The notes: generated by a model not told the origin, from the sequence alone. 63,363 nucleotides of DNA, filler included, from 5 parts of 5 records of this genome joined end to end with filler, not necessarily neighbours in it, one strand, 5' to 3'; shown: positions 20,689 to 31,475, numbered from the whole stretch's first letter. Numbers and translations: made by a program.

Positions 20689-21414
20689 TCAAACCCCGCC
20701 CAGCAGCTCTTCCACATAGGCCGGCACGATCTCGCTGGCCGGACCGTAGCGTTTCTCGGTGAACAGTGTGGCGCCCTCCGACGGTTCCAGATTGAGCTCG
20801 ATCGTGTGGGCGCCGTGCATGCGGGCTTCCTGGACGAAACCTGCTGCCGGATAGACGTTGCCAGAGGTGCCGATGGAGATGAAAAGGTCGGCGTCGGAGA
20901 GCGCTTCGTAGATCTCTTCCATGTAGAGCGGCATCTCGCCGAACCAGACGACATGCGGACGCAGCGTTCCGGCCTCGTTCGTCGCCGGGTTGCGGCTTTC
21001 CAGCGTCAGCTCATCCCGCCAGTCAAAGATCTCACCGGTCCGCTCGCAACGGGCCTTCAGCATTTCGCCATGCATGTGCAGCAGGCTGGAAGAGCCCGCG
21101 CGTTCATGCAGATCGTCGATGTTCTGCGTGACCAGTAGCACATTGCCCTGCCAGCGCTTTTCCAGCTTCGCCAGCGCCGCATGGGCCGCGTTCGGCACCA
21201 CGTTACTGTCCATGAGGGAACGGCGGCGGGCGTTGTAGAATTCATGCACCATCACCGGGTTGCGAAGATAGCCTTCCGGCGTCGCGACATCCTCCAGATT
21301 GACTTTCGACCAGATCCCGTCCGCGTCCCGGAACGTGTCGAGGCCGGATTCCTTGGAGATGCCCGCGCCGGTCAGGATAACGATGGAAGCATCGGGAGAA
21401 AGATTGAGCTGCAT
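20689..21414 (-). CDS. cobB: NAD-dependent deacylase (class III sirtuin)
   Basis: [44 protein letters not shown]. Confidence 0.93.
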   Translation of the reverse strand: MQLNLSPDASIVILTGAGISKESGLDTFRDADGIWSKVNLEDVATPEGYLRNPVMVHEFYNARRRSLMDSNVVPNAAHAALAKLEKRWQGNVLLVTQNIDDLHERAGSSSLLHMHGEMLKARCERTGEIFDWRDELTLESRNPATNEAGTLRPHVVWFGEMPLYMEEIYEALSDADLFISIGTSGNVYPAAGFVQEARMHGAHTIELNLEPSEGATLFTEKRYGPASEIVPAYVEELLGGV

Positions 21415-21423
21415 GAGGGGCTC

Positions 21424-21879
21424 CTAGCGGCGGTCCTGGAAAAATTTGCGGAGCAGATCACCGGCCCGGCTTTCCTCCACCCCGCCGATCACTTCCGGCG
21501 CATGATGACAGGTCGGCTGGCTGTAGATCCGGGAACCATGCTCGACCCCGCCGCCTTTCGGATCGTAGGCGCCGAAGACCAGACGGCGGATGCGGGCGAA
21601 GCTGATCGCCTGGGCGCACATCGGGCACGGCTCCAGCGTCACATGCAGATCGCAGTCGATCAGCCGCGGCGAGCCAAGCGTCACCGCCGCTGCCCGGATC
21701 GCCAGGATCTCCGCATGCGCGCTCGGATCGTGCAGCTCCTCCACCCGGTTACCGGCGGCAGCCAGCACCGCACCGTCCGGGCCGGTCACCACCGCGCCCA
21801 CCGGAACCTCGCCCCGTGCAGCAGCCGCTTCCGCTTCGGCCAGCGCCCGTGCCATAATTGTCTGATGTTCAGTACTCAT
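21424..21879 (-). CDS. tadA: tRNA adenosine(34) deaminase
   Basis: GEVPVGAV, HAEILAIR, TLEPCPMC, YDPKGG. Confidence 0.9.
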   Translation of the reverse strand: MSTEHQTIMARALAEAEAAAARGEVPVGAVVTGPDGAVLAAAGNRVEELHDPSAHAEILAIRAAAVTLGSPRLIDCDLHVTLEPCPMCAQAISFARIRRLVFGAYDPKGGGVEHGSRIYSQPTCHHAPEVIGGVEESRAGDLLRKFFQDRR

Positions 21880-21956
21880 AGCTCCATACCTAGCGGGAAG
21901 CGGTATTGCATCCAAGCCGTTTGCATCCTGACGCGTCCGCGCGTAAGACCTGCTTC

Positions 21957-23078
21957 ATGAGCGATTTCAGCGAAATTTTCACCGAAGACCGTGGCCCGGA
22001 ACGGATTGCCAAACGGCTGGCCCGGGCCGGACTCTGCTCCCGCCGCGAGGCGGAGCAGTGGATTGCCGACGGACGGGTCGAGCTGGACGGCGAAGTCCTG
22101 ACCAGCCCTGCCGTTACCGTCACCGGGGAGTCGAAGATCCGTGTCGATGGCAAGGCCTTGCCGGTGATCGAGCCGACCCGGCTCTGGCGGTTCAACAAGC
22201 CGCGCGGCGTGGTGACAACGAACAAGGATCCGGAAGGCCGGGAGACCGTGTTCGACCGGCTGCCCAAGGATCTGCCGCGCGTGGTGACGGTTGGCCGCCT
22301 CGATTTCGATACCGAGGGCCTGCTGCTGCTGACCAATGACGGCGCCCTGTCCCGGCTGCTGGAACTGCCCTCGACGGCCTGGCTGCGGAAATACCGGGTC
22401 CGGGTCTATGGCTCCATTACCGAGAAATCGATTGCCCTGCTGAAGTCCGGCCCGACGGTCGACGGCATCAAATACGGAGCGGTCACGGTCGAGCGCGATA
22501 TCGAGGGCAAGGCGAATACCTGGCTCACCCTCGGCATCCGCGAAGGCAAGAACCGCGAGATTCGCAAGCTGATGGAGCATGTCGGCCTCAAGGTGAACCG
22601 GCTGATCCGGGTATCCTACGGCCCGTTCCAGCTTGGCGACTTGCCGGAGGGCGAGGTTCTGGAAGTCCGGCAGGCCACGCTGAAGGAACAGCTCGGCATC
22701 CGCGAGGAGAAGACCGGCACGGCGAAAGCGAAGGCGAAAGCGCCGTTCAAGGGCACACACCGTCCCGGATCGAAGGATGATTCCGGGAAAGCCGGAACAG
22801 CGAAGCCCTCGGGCGCCGGCAAGCCAAGAGGTGCTCCAAAACCGGGCGGTGCCGTCAAGGTCAGCGGACCTGGAAAGCCCGGAGCCCCCGGAAGGTCCGG
22901 AGCCACTGGTAGATCCGGCGCTTCCGGGAAGACGGACGGCGACAGAAAGCCCTCGACGCGTGGCGCGGCAGGCAAGCAGAATATAAAGCGGGACGCCTCC
23001 AAGGCCGGCCCGGCTCGAGGAGACAAGAATGCGGATCGTCGCGGGCAAAAATCGCGGAACCAAACTCGCCGCCCCTGA
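21957..23078 (+). CDS. rluB: 23S rRNA pseudouridine synthase (RluB-like) with Lys/Gly-rich tail
   Basis: [17 protein letters not shown]4 domain, [25 protein letters not shown]. Confidence 0.88.
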   Translation: MSDFSEIFTEDRGPERIAKRLARAGLCSRREAEQWIADGRVELDGEVLTSPAVTVTGESKIRVDGKALPVIEPTRLWRFNKPRGVVTTNKDPEGRETVFDRLPKDLPRVVTVGRLDFDTEGLLLLTNDGALSRLLELPSTAWLRKYRVRVYGSITEKSIALLKSGPTVDGIKYGAVTVERDIEGKANTWLTLGIREGKNREIRKLMEHVGLKVNRLIRVSYGPFQLGDLPEGEVLEVRQATLKEQLGIREEKTGTAKAKAKAPFKGTHRPGSKDDSGKAGTAKPSGAGKPRGAPKPGGAVKVSGPGKPGAPGRSGATGRSGASGKTDGDRKPSTRGAAGKQNIKRDASKAGPARGDKNADRRGQKSRNQTRRP

Positions 23079-23601
23079 GAACTGGAACACACGGCCGACC
23101 GCCGACCGGACACGGGAATCCCTGTTCGGTGTTATTCAGGGCGGCAGGCTCGGCGATGTGCTGACGGATGCGCTGGTGGTGGATGTCTTTGCAGGCACCG
23201 GTGCGCTCGGCCTCGAGGCCCTGTCACGCGGGGCGACGGAAGCGGTGTTCATCGAAAACGACAGGGAAGCCGTTCAGGCACTGCGCGAGAATATCGCGCG
23301 GCTGAAAGTTACTGACGCGGCTATCGTGATCGAGGGGGACATTCTTTCGCTGCATCGCACGGCGCCGCGTCCGGCAGGCCTGATCCTGATGGACCCCCCC
23401 TATAACAGCGGCCTTGCCGCGCCTGCGCTCGCCCGGCTGCACAAAGGCGGCTGGATCGATGGCGAGACGCTGATCGTCGTCGAATGCGAGAAGTCGGAGC
23501 AGCTGGAAATTCCGGAATGGCTGGACGTGCTGGATAACCGGCGCTACGGCAAGGCCCAGATCAGCTTCCTGCGCCCGGACATGTCCGGCGGCGCCGACTG
23601 A
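23029..23601 (+). CDS. rsmD: 16S rRNA m2G966 methyltransferase
   Basis: [42 protein letters not shown]; overlaps the rluB 3' end by 50 nt. Confidence 0.92.
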   Translation: MRIVAGKNRGTKLAAPENWNTRPTADRTRESLFGVIQGGRLGDVLTDALVVDVFAGTGALGLEALSRGATEAVFIENDREAVQALRENIARLKVTDAAIVIEGDILSLHRTAPRPAGLILMDPPYNSGLAAPALARLHKGGWIDGETLIVVECEKSEQLEIPEWLDVLDNRRYGKAQISFLRPDMSGGAD

Positions 23602-23628
23602 GGAAACACCGTCAAGGGGAACTGCGCC

Positions 23629-24099
23629 ATGCATCTCGAAGGGTCCTGCCATTGCGGCGCCGTCCGCTTCAGCCTGGAAAGCAAGCATCCCACGCCGTTC
23701 AACCGCTGCTACTGCTCTATCTGCCGGAAGACGGCCGGTAGCGGCGGCTATGCCATCAATCTGTCCGGCGACTTTGACAGCCTGAAGATCGAGGGCGCGG
23801 AGAGCATCGCGAAATACAGCGCCGTGATCGACGGCGAGATCAGCCCGGCCGAGCGCAGCTTCTGCAAGACCTGCGGCTCCGCCCTTTGGCTCTGGGACCC
23901 GCGCTGGCCGGAGCTGGTGCACCCGCAAGCCGGCGCCATCGACACGCCGCTTCCCACCGCGCCGGAACTGACGCATCTGATGCTTGAGGCAAAACCGGAC
24001 TGGGTGCCGCTGGAGGAAGGCGCGCATGACCAGTGCTTCGATGCCTATCCGGAGGAAAGCATCGAAGCCTGGCACAAAAGGCTTGGGCTGGAGCGGTAG
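23629..24099 (+). CDS. GFA family (CENP-V-like) Zn protein
   Basis: GSCHCGAV, CYCSICRK, RSFCKTCGS. Confidence 0.9.
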   Translation: MHLEGSCHCGAVRFSLESKHPTPFNRCYCSICRKTAGSGGYAINLSGDFDSLKIEGAESIAKYSAVIDGEISPAERSFCKTCGSALWLWDPRWPELVHPQAGAIDTPLPTAPELTHLMLEAKPDWVPLEEGAHDQCFDAYPEESIEAWHKRLGLER

Positions 24100-24145
24100 A
24101 GTCCCGTCCGCAAGGCTACCCCTCCTTCATGCCAGGGCCACATCA

Positions 24146-24180
24146 TTGCCATATGGCGTAAAATACACTATATTGCGCCA
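24146..24180 (+). promoter_or_regulatory. Sigma70-type promoter overlapped by an inverted-repeat operator upstream of the TA pair
   Basis: TTGCCA (24146-24151), 17-nt spacer, TATATT (24169-24174); IR TGGCGTAAAATA-cac-TATATTGCGCCA; GGAGG RBS downstream. Confidence 0.65.
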
Positions 24181-24194
24181 CATGGAGGTTTCCG

Positions 24195-24608
24195 ATGATC
24201 AGCTTGCATCCAATAGCGACGGAACCCGCTGAATTCCGCATGGCCCCTATCACGGACGAAGAGGGCGCGGCACTCTTCCGTGCTGCCGTGAGACTGTTCG
24301 CGCATTGGGATCTGACGGACGAGGACGCGGCAACCCTGCTTGACCTTGCCCCCCGCACCTATGCGCGCTGGAAGACCGGCAAGACCGGACGCCTTGGCCG
24401 GGACCAGAAAACCCGGCTGGCAATAGTGATGGGCATCCATAAAAGCCTGCGCATCATTTTCACCGACCCGGCGCGCGGATATGCCTGGATCGGCAAGCCG
24501 AACGATGCTTTTGGTGGTGAAAGCGCGCTTGATGTGATGCGCCATGGCGACATGACCGACCTGATACGGGTACGGGACTATCTCGATGCCGAACGCGGGG
24601 CCTGGTGA
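24195..24608 (+). CDS. Antitoxin Xre/MbcA/ParS family
   Basis: HTH AATLL..RTYARWK; C-terminal WIGKPNDAFGGESALDVM...VRDYLDAERG. Confidence 0.88.
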   Translation: MISLHPIATEPAEFRMAPITDEEGAALFRAAVRLFAHWDLTDEDAATLLDLAPRTYARWKTGKTGRLGRDQKTRLAIVMGIHKSLRIIFTDPARGYAWIGKPNDAFGGESALDVMRHGDMTDLIRVRDYLDAERGAW

Positions 24609-25315
24609 AGGACGTTCCTGTCAGTTCCGTTGCCTGGACCGGCGCCCGGCGCATTATCAGGTCTCTCCACCCGCCCATTGATCTGTTCGAGGATATTGCC
24701 GATCCCGAAGACTGGGCGCTTCTGATATCCGCCGAGCAGAAGTCCAATCCGCGCATTCTGGAAAGTGTGGGCCGGCTCGACCTCGTGCCACCGCAGAGGC
24801 GCGTTTCAGGCCCTGGAGCCTCTTTCCTCATGGCGCCCTTCACCCATGCCAGCAGGGACAGGCCAAGCCGGTTTTCCGCTGGGCAGTACGGCGTTCTCTA
24901 TGCGGGCGATTGTTTCGAAGTTGCCCTGTTCGAAACCATCCACCATCACGAACGGCTGATGCGTGCGACGCACGAAGAGCCGGGCTGGACATCCCAGTTC
25001 CGGGAACTTCTGCTCAACATCGATGCCTCGCTTGCGGATCTTCGGCTCGATCGGGAACGGTTCACCCCGGAACTTGATCCACATTCCCATGCCGCCGGAC
25101 AAACTCTCGGAAAGCACCTCAGGGAAACGGGCCGGGACGGGGTTGTCTATCCAAGCGTCCGCTACCCCGAGGGAAGCGCAGCTGCGCTTTTCCATCCGGA
25201 TCTGGCGTCCCTGCCAGTACAGGGACGCCACCTCGATTATCACTGGAATGGCGAGGACGTCGATCTGGTCCGCGATCATGCACGAAAGCAGGTGTTCCGC
25301 GTCAAACGGTCATGA
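24605..25315 (+). CDS. RES domain toxin (MbcT/ParT-like NAD+-consuming enzyme)
   Basis: SRFSAGQYGVLYAG, ALFETIHH, GVVYPSVR; GTGA overlap with the antitoxin. Confidence 0.88.
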   Translation: MKDVPVSSVAWTGARRIIRSLHPPIDLFEDIADPEDWALLISAEQKSNPRILESVGRLDLVPPQRRVSGPGASFLMAPFTHASRDRPSRFSAGQYGVLYAGDCFEVALFETIHHHERLMRATHEEPGWTSQFRELLLNIDASLADLRLDRERFTPELDPHSHAAGQTLGKHLRETGRDGVVYPSVRYPEGSAAALFHPDLASLPVQGRHLDYHWNGEDVDLVRDHARKQVFRVKRS

Positions 25316-25330
25316 TCGTTGACCCCTCCG

Positions 25331-26215
25331 CTACCCCCCGAGGAACAGACGCCCCACTTCCGGGTTGGCCAGCAATTCCTCGCCGGTGCCCGCCATGGCC
25401 GTTTGTCCCGAAACCAGCACATAGCCGATATCGGCGAATTCCAGGCCCTTCTTGGCGTTCTGCTCAACCATCAGAATGGTCTTGCCCTCGACCCGTTGCA
25501 GGTCGTCGAGAATCTCGAACACCATATCGATGAAGCGCGGCTCAAGACCGATGGACGGCTCGTCCACCAGCAGGATTTCCGGCTCCATGACCAGCGCCCG
25601 GCTGATTTCCAGCAAGCGCCGTTCGCCGCCGGACAGCACCTTGGCCTGATGGTTCCTTCGGGCGGCGAGGCGCGGGTATTTTTCGAAAATCCGCTCCGCC
25701 GCTTCCCTGGCTTCCGTCGTCGTCTCCTTCAGATAGCCGCCCATCCAGAGATTTTCCTCCACCGTCATCCCGCCGAACACGGACTTGTCCTGCAGGATGT
25801 AGGCGATGCCCGCATTCTTCAGTTTTTCGTTGGAGGAGAGGTGGGTGACATCCTTGCCGCCGACAATGACGGAGCCGGAGAAGATATTGGTGAAGCCGAA
25901 GATCGAGTGCAGGATTGTCGATTTGCCCGCCCCGTTCGGGCCGATCAGGCAGCAGGACTGCCCCTTGCCGACCTTGAGGGAGAAGTCGTGCAGGATCTCC
26001 ATCTTGCCGTAACCGGCTTTCAGCTTGTCGATTGTGAGATACGGGCCAGGCCCGGCCAGCGCATCGATCCGGGCCTGGTCCGGGCCGTCAGCGATGGCTT
26101 CGACTTGCCGGACCACATCCTCGACGGAAATGACTGTCTCGACGCCACCCTTGCCATAACCGCTGATGCGCGTCTCGCTCACCGTCACACTCACGGTTTC
26201 TTCCTTGTCGCTCAT
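25331..26215 (-). CDS. Branched-chain amino acid-type ABC ATPase (LivF-like) with N-terminal extension
   Basis: GPNGAGKST, LSGGE, LVDEP, VEQN. Confidence 0.9.
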   Translation of the reverse strand: MSDKEETVSVTVSETRISGYGKGGVETVISVEDVVRQVEAIADGPDQARIDALAGPGPYLTIDKLKAGYGKMEILHDFSLKVGKGQSCCLIGPNGAGKSTILHSIFGFTNIFSGSVIVGGKDVTHLSSNEKLKNAGIAYILQDKSVFGGMTVEENLWMGGYLKETTTEAREAAERIFEKYPRLAARRNHQAKVLSGGERRLLEISRALVMEPEILLVDEPSIGLEPRFIDMVFEILDDLQRVEGKTILMVEQNAKKGLEFADIGYVLVSGQTAMAGTGEELLANPEVGRLFLGG

Positions 26216-26964
26216 CAGTGGGCTCCCAGATAGGCTTCGACCACGCGCGGGTCGTTCTGAACCTCTTCCGGCGAGCCGGTGGCAAGCAGCTCTCCATGAG
26301 CCAGACAGGAGATCCGGTCCGCCAGGTTCATGATCACGCGCATATTGTGTTCGATGACGAAGAGGGTGATGCCGAACTGCTCGTTCGCCCGCTTCAGCCG
26401 GTCGATCAGGCCATTGATCAAGGTCGGATTGATGCCCGCCGTCGGCTCGTCCAGCAGCAGAACCTTTGGCCGGTTCATCAGCGCCATGGCGAATTCCAGC
26501 AGCTTTTGCTGACCGAAAGACAGCTCCCCCGCGATCAGAAAGCGTTTCTGGTAGAGCCCGACGAATTCGAGAATCTCCTCGGCAAAAGCCTCGGTCTCCC
26601 GGTCATGCATGGAGCCGAACATGGAGCCGAGGCCCTCTTCCCGGTGCGAGACCGAGATCAGCATGTTCTTCATGCAGTCCATCTTCGAATAGATCCGGGT
26701 CTGCTGGAAGGTCCGGAGCAGGCCGAGCCTGGCAATGTCCGGCACCCGGAGCTTGGAGATCTCCTTGCCCTTGAATTTGATCGAGCCTTCGTCGATCGGG
26801 TGATAACCGACGATCGAATTGAAGAGAGTCGTCTTGCCCGACCCGTTCGGCCCGATCAGCCCGGTGATGCCGCCCTCGGCGACATCGATGCTGACATCCT
26901 TGTTGGCGACAACCCCACCGTAACTTTTGGAGACGCCGCGCACCTCGATTAGCGATCCGCTCAT
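26215..26964 (-). CDS. ABC ATPase (LivG-like)
   Basis: GPNGSGKTT, LSFGQ, LLDEP, IEHNM, VVEAYLG. Confidence 0.92.
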   Translation of the reverse strand: MSGSLIEVRGVSKSYGGVVANKDVSIDVAEGGITGLIGPNGSGKTTLFNSIVGYHPIDEGSIKFKGKEISKLRVPDIARLGLLRTFQQTRIYSKMDCMKNMLISVSHREEGLGSMFGSMHDRETEAFAEEILEFVGLYQKRFLIAGELSFGQQKLLEFAMALMNRPKVLLLDEPTAGINPTLINGLIDRLKRANEQFGITLFVIEHNMRVIMNLADRISCLAHGELLATGSPEEVQNDPRVVEAYLGAH

Positions 26965-28019
26965 TCCGCTGCCTCCGTCTGTCCGGCCCGGGTCATTTTC
27001 TCATCCACAGTCACGCCGAACAGCGATGGCCAGCGATCCTGCGCCCAGCCGAGAATACCCTGCTGGAAATAGACGATATTGATGATGATGATCGCCCCCA
27101 GCGCGACCCACTGCCAGCCGAGCAGATGGGTCCAGGTCACTTCCTTGACGATGTGGAACAGGATGGCGCCAAGCACCGGTCCCCAGACCGTGCCCTTGCC
27201 CCCGACGAGGGCCATCGCCACCATGAAGATGCCGAAGGTCGCCGTCGGGAAGGCCACTTCCAGTGGCTCGATGAAACCGGACATGTTGCCGAAGATCGCC
27301 CCCGCCACGCCCATGAAGAAGGCCGCGATCATCCAGGCGATGACCTTGTAGCGGTTGGTGTGGATACCCATCGCCTCGGCCTTGTCTTCGTCGTCCCGGA
27401 TGGCGTTCACGGCCAGGCCGAAGCGGGTCTTGTAGATGGCCCGGATGATCATGTGCGAGACGATGGCGAGGACGAACAGCATGACGTAGAAGACCAGCGA
27501 GCCCGCCCCGGCCGCACCGGGGAAGACCGGCATGGAAATGCCGCTGCCGCCACCAACATAACGCCAGCCGCTGACCAGTTCCGCCACGGCCACGGCAAGC
27601 CCGAGAGTACCGATGGCGAAATAGGGGCCGCGCAGCCCCAGCATGAACGGCCCGACAATCATCGCGAACACCGTCGCCGCGACCCCGCCGAAGCCGATGC
27701 CGAGCAACAGGCCCGTCCAGTATTGCGAGACAGTGAAGTCCACCTTGATGGCACCGAAGGCCGCCGTGTACTCCATCACGTCATAGACGAGACCGATCTG
27801 CACCACGGCCGAGGCGTACATGCCGATGCCGAAGAAAGCGATATTGCCGAGCGAGTTGTAGCCCATCTGGCCACCGGTCATGTCCCAGGTGACGGCCATC
27901 AGGACCATCAGCCACATCACCGCCATCTGGCTGGTGAAGGACGGGAACAGCAGCGGCACGAAGATGCCGGCTGCGATCAGACCGGCATAGACACTCATGT
28001 CGAGATTACGCGCCTTCAT
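26961..28019 (-). CDS. ABC permease (LivM-like)
   Basis: GPYFAIGTL, AIRDDEDKAEAMGI, GGKGTVWGPVLG. Confidence 0.9.
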   Translation of the reverse strand: MKARNLDMSVYAGLIAAGIFVPLLFPSFTSQMAVMWLMVLMAVTWDMTGGQMGYNSLGNIAFFGIGMYASAVVQIGLVYDVMEYTAAFGAIKVDFTVSQYWTGLLLGIGFGGVAATVFAMIVGPFMLGLRGPYFAIGTLGLAVAVAELVSGWRYVGGGSGISMPVFPGAAGAGSLVFYVMLFVLAIVSHMIIRAIYKTRFGLAVNAIRDDEDKAEAMGIHTNRYKVIAWMIAAFFMGVAGAIFGNMSGFIEPLEVAFPTATFGIFMVAMALVGGKGTVWGPVLGAILFHIVKEVTWTHLLGWQWVALGAIIIINIVYFQQGILGWAQDRWPSLFGVTVDEKMTRAGQTEAAE

Positions 28020-28912
28020 CGAACCACCTGCCGAAGTCTGTAAAGCTGAACCAACCGGATCATCAGCACCACGACCAGCAACCCGACGACGGCGGCGATG
28101 GCGAACTCTGCACCGAACACGAAGCCGGCATAGTTCTCCCAGATCCCGAGACCGAAGCCGGCAATGATGACGCCCGGCAGATTACCGAGGCCAGCGGCCG
28201 TGACGATGATGAAAGACCGGATCGAATGAACCAGGCCGTAGAACGGCTGGATGTTCCAGATCATCGCCACCAGCACCCCGGCGGCACCGCAGATGGCGGC
28301 GTTCAGGGCAAAGGTAAAGGCATAGACCCGGTCCGTATTGATGCCGAGCACCCTGGCCGCACGCGGATCCTGTGCCGTCGCCCGGATCGCCTGCCCCATT
28401 CGCGAATTACGCATGAACAGGATGAGTCCTATCGCCAGGACGGCCGCCAGACCAAGGCTGACAAAGCGGATCACCGGAATGCTGAGCTCACCCAGACTGA
28501 GGGTACCGAAGCCCGCTTCCGCGATCCGCACCTCGGGGCCAAACACCAGATTCAGGGACTGCTGGATCAGCAGACTGAGCCCGAAGGTGGCAAGCAGCGA
28601 AGTGAACATGTCACGGTCCACGACCCGCTTGATGATCGTTATATAGATCACCCAGCCAAGGGCGAACATCAGGACAAAGGCCACCGGCAGGGCAACGATC
28701 GGATGAATCCCCCATAACGTCGCCTGATAGGCCAGATACCCCCCGAGAATCACAAGCTCGCCCTGGGCGAGATTCTTGACGTTCATAACTCCCCAGACAA
28801 GCGCCAGACCGTAGGCGGCCAGTACGAAAATGCCTCCTATCAACAGCCCCTGAACCAGCAGGTCCACGGCGAAGATCGGCGCCTGGAAGAGGATTGAAAT
28901 ATTGTCGAGCAT
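28016..28912 (-). CDS. ABC permease (LivH-like)
   Basis: GLALVWGVMNVKNLAQG, GQAIRATAQD..AARVLGIN. Confidence 0.9.
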   Translation of the reverse strand: MLDNISILFQAPIFAVDLLVQGLLIGGIFVLAAYGLALVWGVMNVKNLAQGELVILGGYLAYQATLWGIHPIVALPVAFVLMFALGWVIYITIIKRVVDRDMFTSLLATFGLSLLIQQSLNLVFGPEVRIAEAGFGTLSLGELSIPVIRFVSLGLAAVLAIGLILFMRNSRMGQAIRATAQDPRAARVLGINTDRVYAFTFALNAAICGAAGVLVAMIWNIQPFYGLVHSIRSFIIVTAAGLGNLPGVIIAGFGLGIWENYAGFVFGAEFAIAAVVGLLVVVLMIRLVQLYRLRQVVR

Positions 28913-28968
28913 GGAACGCTCAGCCTTTCATCCTGGTGGCGGCCGAAAAACGACCAGCCATGAGAAGG

Positions 28969-29001
28969 AGGCGCGGCGGAGGGAAAGCCCCCGCCGCGCC
29001 T
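28969..29001 (-). terminator. GC-rich hairpin between the substrate-binding and permease genes (mRNA stabiliser or partial terminator)
   Basis: AGGCGCGGCGG...CCGCCGCGCCT inverted repeat. Confidence 0.6.
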
Positions 29002-29015
29002 AACATGTCAAAGGC

Positions 29016-30269
29016 TCAGTATTTAGGCTGACGCGGATGCCGGACCTTGGACGAGGCCCATTTCGTCGGCGCGACCACGTTGTATTCGCCATCCTGGATC
29101 TGCCGCAGCACCATCGGCTTCGCGATGTTGTTGCCTGCCGGCGAGAACTTGATCTGACCGTAGAAAGTCGCCAGATCGGTGTCGGCAATGGCATCACGCA
29201 GAGCTTCGGTATCGAAGCTGTTGGCCCGCTCGAAAGCATCCTTCCAGACCTGCACCGCCGCAGAGGCCTGCGCGGCCTGATACGGAACGGTCTTGTAGCT
29301 CGGGTAGGTTTTCTTGAAGAGCGCATCATATTCGGCGGCTGTGCCGAACAGATCATCCTTGTAGCTCAACGTTTCAGACCACTGTGTCGGGCAAAGGATA
29401 CCCTCCATCGGGCCGGCGCCGAAATTCTCGGTGATCTTCGCCGACTCACAGTGAGTCATGGCGATCATCGGCACGTCGAGCTTCAACTCGCTGATCTGCC
29501 GACCTGCTGTCACGGCACCTTTGGCATGACCGGAAATCACCAGAAGATCCGGTTTCAGCGCCCGCACCTTTGTCAGGGTCGAGGTCATGTCGGCCAGGTC
29601 ACGCGGCAGCTTGTCGTCGATGACGATCTTCATGTCGAACTTCGCTGCGTCCTCGACCACACCGGCCCGGACATCCAGCGAGAACGGATCGTTCTCGAAG
29701 GCCAGCGCGACCTTGACGTCGGACGGTTTCTTACCCGCCTTCTCCGCAAGTTCAGCCGCCAGGGCGACGGCACTGGCGAGGTACAGCTCGGAAGTCGAGA
29801 GCACCGCGAACATGTAGCGGTAGCCCTGGGTGAAGAGCGACCGTGAGGCGCCTTCAGCCTCGATCATCGGGATCTTGTATTTCTCGGTGACCGGCGCGAT
29901 CGCCTTGGTCAGGCCGGAACTGTACGGGCCAAGCATAAATTTGACGCCGTCCTGATTGATCAGACGCTCGGCAAGCTGCGCACCGCGAGCCGGAGTCGAC
30001 TCATCATCGTAATACGCGATCTTCATCTTGTAGCTCTTGCCGCCGACCGTCACACCGCCAGCCTTGTTGATCATGTCGAGTGCGAGCTGGTACCCGTTCT
30101 GCGTATCGATGCCGTTGGTGGAGTATTTGCCGGTCAGTGACATCGCCGCACCGAGCGTAATGGTATCCCCTTCGACCTTCGCGTCGGCGGGTGCCGCAGC
30201 GAGACCGAGTGATGCCGTCAACGCGGCCGCAATCGTAGCGGCACGCAAATCCATTTTCTGGAAACGCAT
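29016..30269 (-). CDS. ABC substrate-binding protein (LivJ/K-like, PBP1)
   Basis: Signal peptide, SLTGKY, YDDES, LGPYSSGLT. Confidence 0.9.
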   Translation of the reverse strand: MRFQKMDLRAATIAAALTASLGLAAAPADAKVEGDTITLGAAMSLTGKYSTNGIDTQNGYQLALDMINKAGGVTVGGKSYKMKIAYYDDESTPARGAQLAERLINQDGVKFMLGPYSSGLTKAIAPVTEKYKIPMIEAEGASRSLFTQGYRYMFAVLSTSELYLASAVALAAELAEKAGKKPSDVKVALAFENDPFSLDVRAGVVEDAAKFDMKIVIDDKLPRDLADMTSTLTKVRALKPDLLVISGHAKGAVTAGRQISELKLDVPMIAMTHCESAKITENFGAGPMEGILCPTQWSETLSYKDDLFGTAAEYDALFKKTYPSYKTVPYQAAQASAAVQVWKDAFERANSFDTEALRDAIADTDLATFYGQIKFSPAGNNIAKPMVLRQIQDGEYNVVAPTKWASSKVRHPRQPKY

Positions 30270-30428
30270 TTCAAGTTCCTCCCTTGTCCTAGGAAGGCCG
30301 CAGGCACATGCCCTAACCGCAATTTTTGTTTTTCTGGCGGCGCGAACTCCCTATTGGGTGAAACGTTAGGTAATCCCCCCTCGCAACGCCAGCCTTTTTT
30401 CCGCAATGCGCGAAGTGCAAGTCATGCA

Positions 30429-31265
30429 TCACTCAAGATTGAAACCTTTACCCTTTAAATATTTGGCTAATTGCTTGCGCTCCGGTTTTGAAACTTGACG
30501 CGCCTTGTCTTCCGACCACCCGTAATCTTGCGCCAGCCCGTATTCGCCAACCAATCTTTGTTTTTCATCCGGAATTTGAAAACGCGCGCTGCGACGGGCG
30601 TCATACCCGGAAATTTCCCGTTCAAGGGCGCTGTCGTCGTACCGATCCGTATGAACGAATACCGAAGGCGGCAGCCGCAGGCTGATATGCCCCTCTCCGG
30701 CCGGCCAGCCGAGACAGAAACCGCAGATCGGGAAGACGTGATCCGGCAATTCCAGCAGCTCCGAAACCACCTCGATATGGTTCCGGATCACGCTGATAGG
30801 GCACCCGCCGAGCCCGACGGATTCCGCCGCCCGAATGAAATTCATCAGCACCAGCCCAGCATCGACCGCCGCGTTCAGCACGGAATCAAGATGGTCGTTG
30901 GCAAAGCTCTTGCCGCGCATCTCCGAGACCTTGCGGATACGCCTGTTATCGGCCAGGAAAACCATGAAAACAGGCGCGTCCGCGATCCACGGCATCTCCG
31001 GCATCAGCGCCTCGATCTTCCGGCGCTTCTCCGCATCCCGCACGATCAGCACACCGGACTGCTGAAGGTCCGATTTGGCAGGGGCGGAAAATGCCGCCGC
31101 CAGCAGCACCTCCAGAAGATCGTCCGCCACCGGGTTCGGTTTGTAGCGGCGATGGGAGCGATGCCCGAGGATATGGGCAAGATCCCCCTCGGCCGGCATG
31201 TCCCGGCCCGCCTCCACCGGCAGGCCAAAGCGGTCTTCCATCAAATCGGCGATTGTCTTCGTCAC
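30429..31265 (-). CDS. Nitroreductase (NfsA/FRP-like)
   Basis: HRSHRRY, APAKSDLQQ, VDAGL, GLGGCPISVIRN, RLP; GTG start after GAGG. Confidence 0.85.
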   Translation of the reverse strand: MTKTIADLMEDRFGLPVEAGRDMPAEGDLAHILGHRSHRRYKPNPVADDLLEVLLAAAFSAPAKSDLQQSGVLIVRDAEKRRKIEALMPEMPWIADAPVFMVFLADNRRIRKVSEMRGKSFANDHLDSVLNAAVDAGLVLMNFIRAAESVGLGGCPISVIRNHIEVVSELLELPDHVFPICGFCLGWPAGEGHISLRLPPSVFVHTDRYDDSALEREISGYDARRSARFQIPDEKQRLVGEYGLAQDYGWSEDKARQVSKPERKQLAKYLKGKGFNLE

Positions 31266-31475
31266 GGTCCCGTTCCTCCTCTGCGGATGGCCGAGAGTAA
31301 GCAAGCCCTGCACCCGGCCGCAACTCCCGCCCGCAATGTCTCCGCAACGCAATGCAACCAGCGGTGTCGCACGGGGCGGTTCACGAAAACCTCTCCGCGC
31401 CTTGACTCATCCGTCTTAATCGTGACGAATCGACCGCCCGCCGACAGGCTTGCGCCGCTCTCATGGAGGAAAACG

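Noticed and set aside
20689-25315. Sirtuin, deaminase and RES toxin as an NAD-based defence system
   Set aside because: cobB, tadA, rluB and rsmD are ordinary housekeeping genes; CobB is class III, not a defence SIR2; the TA pair has its own promoter
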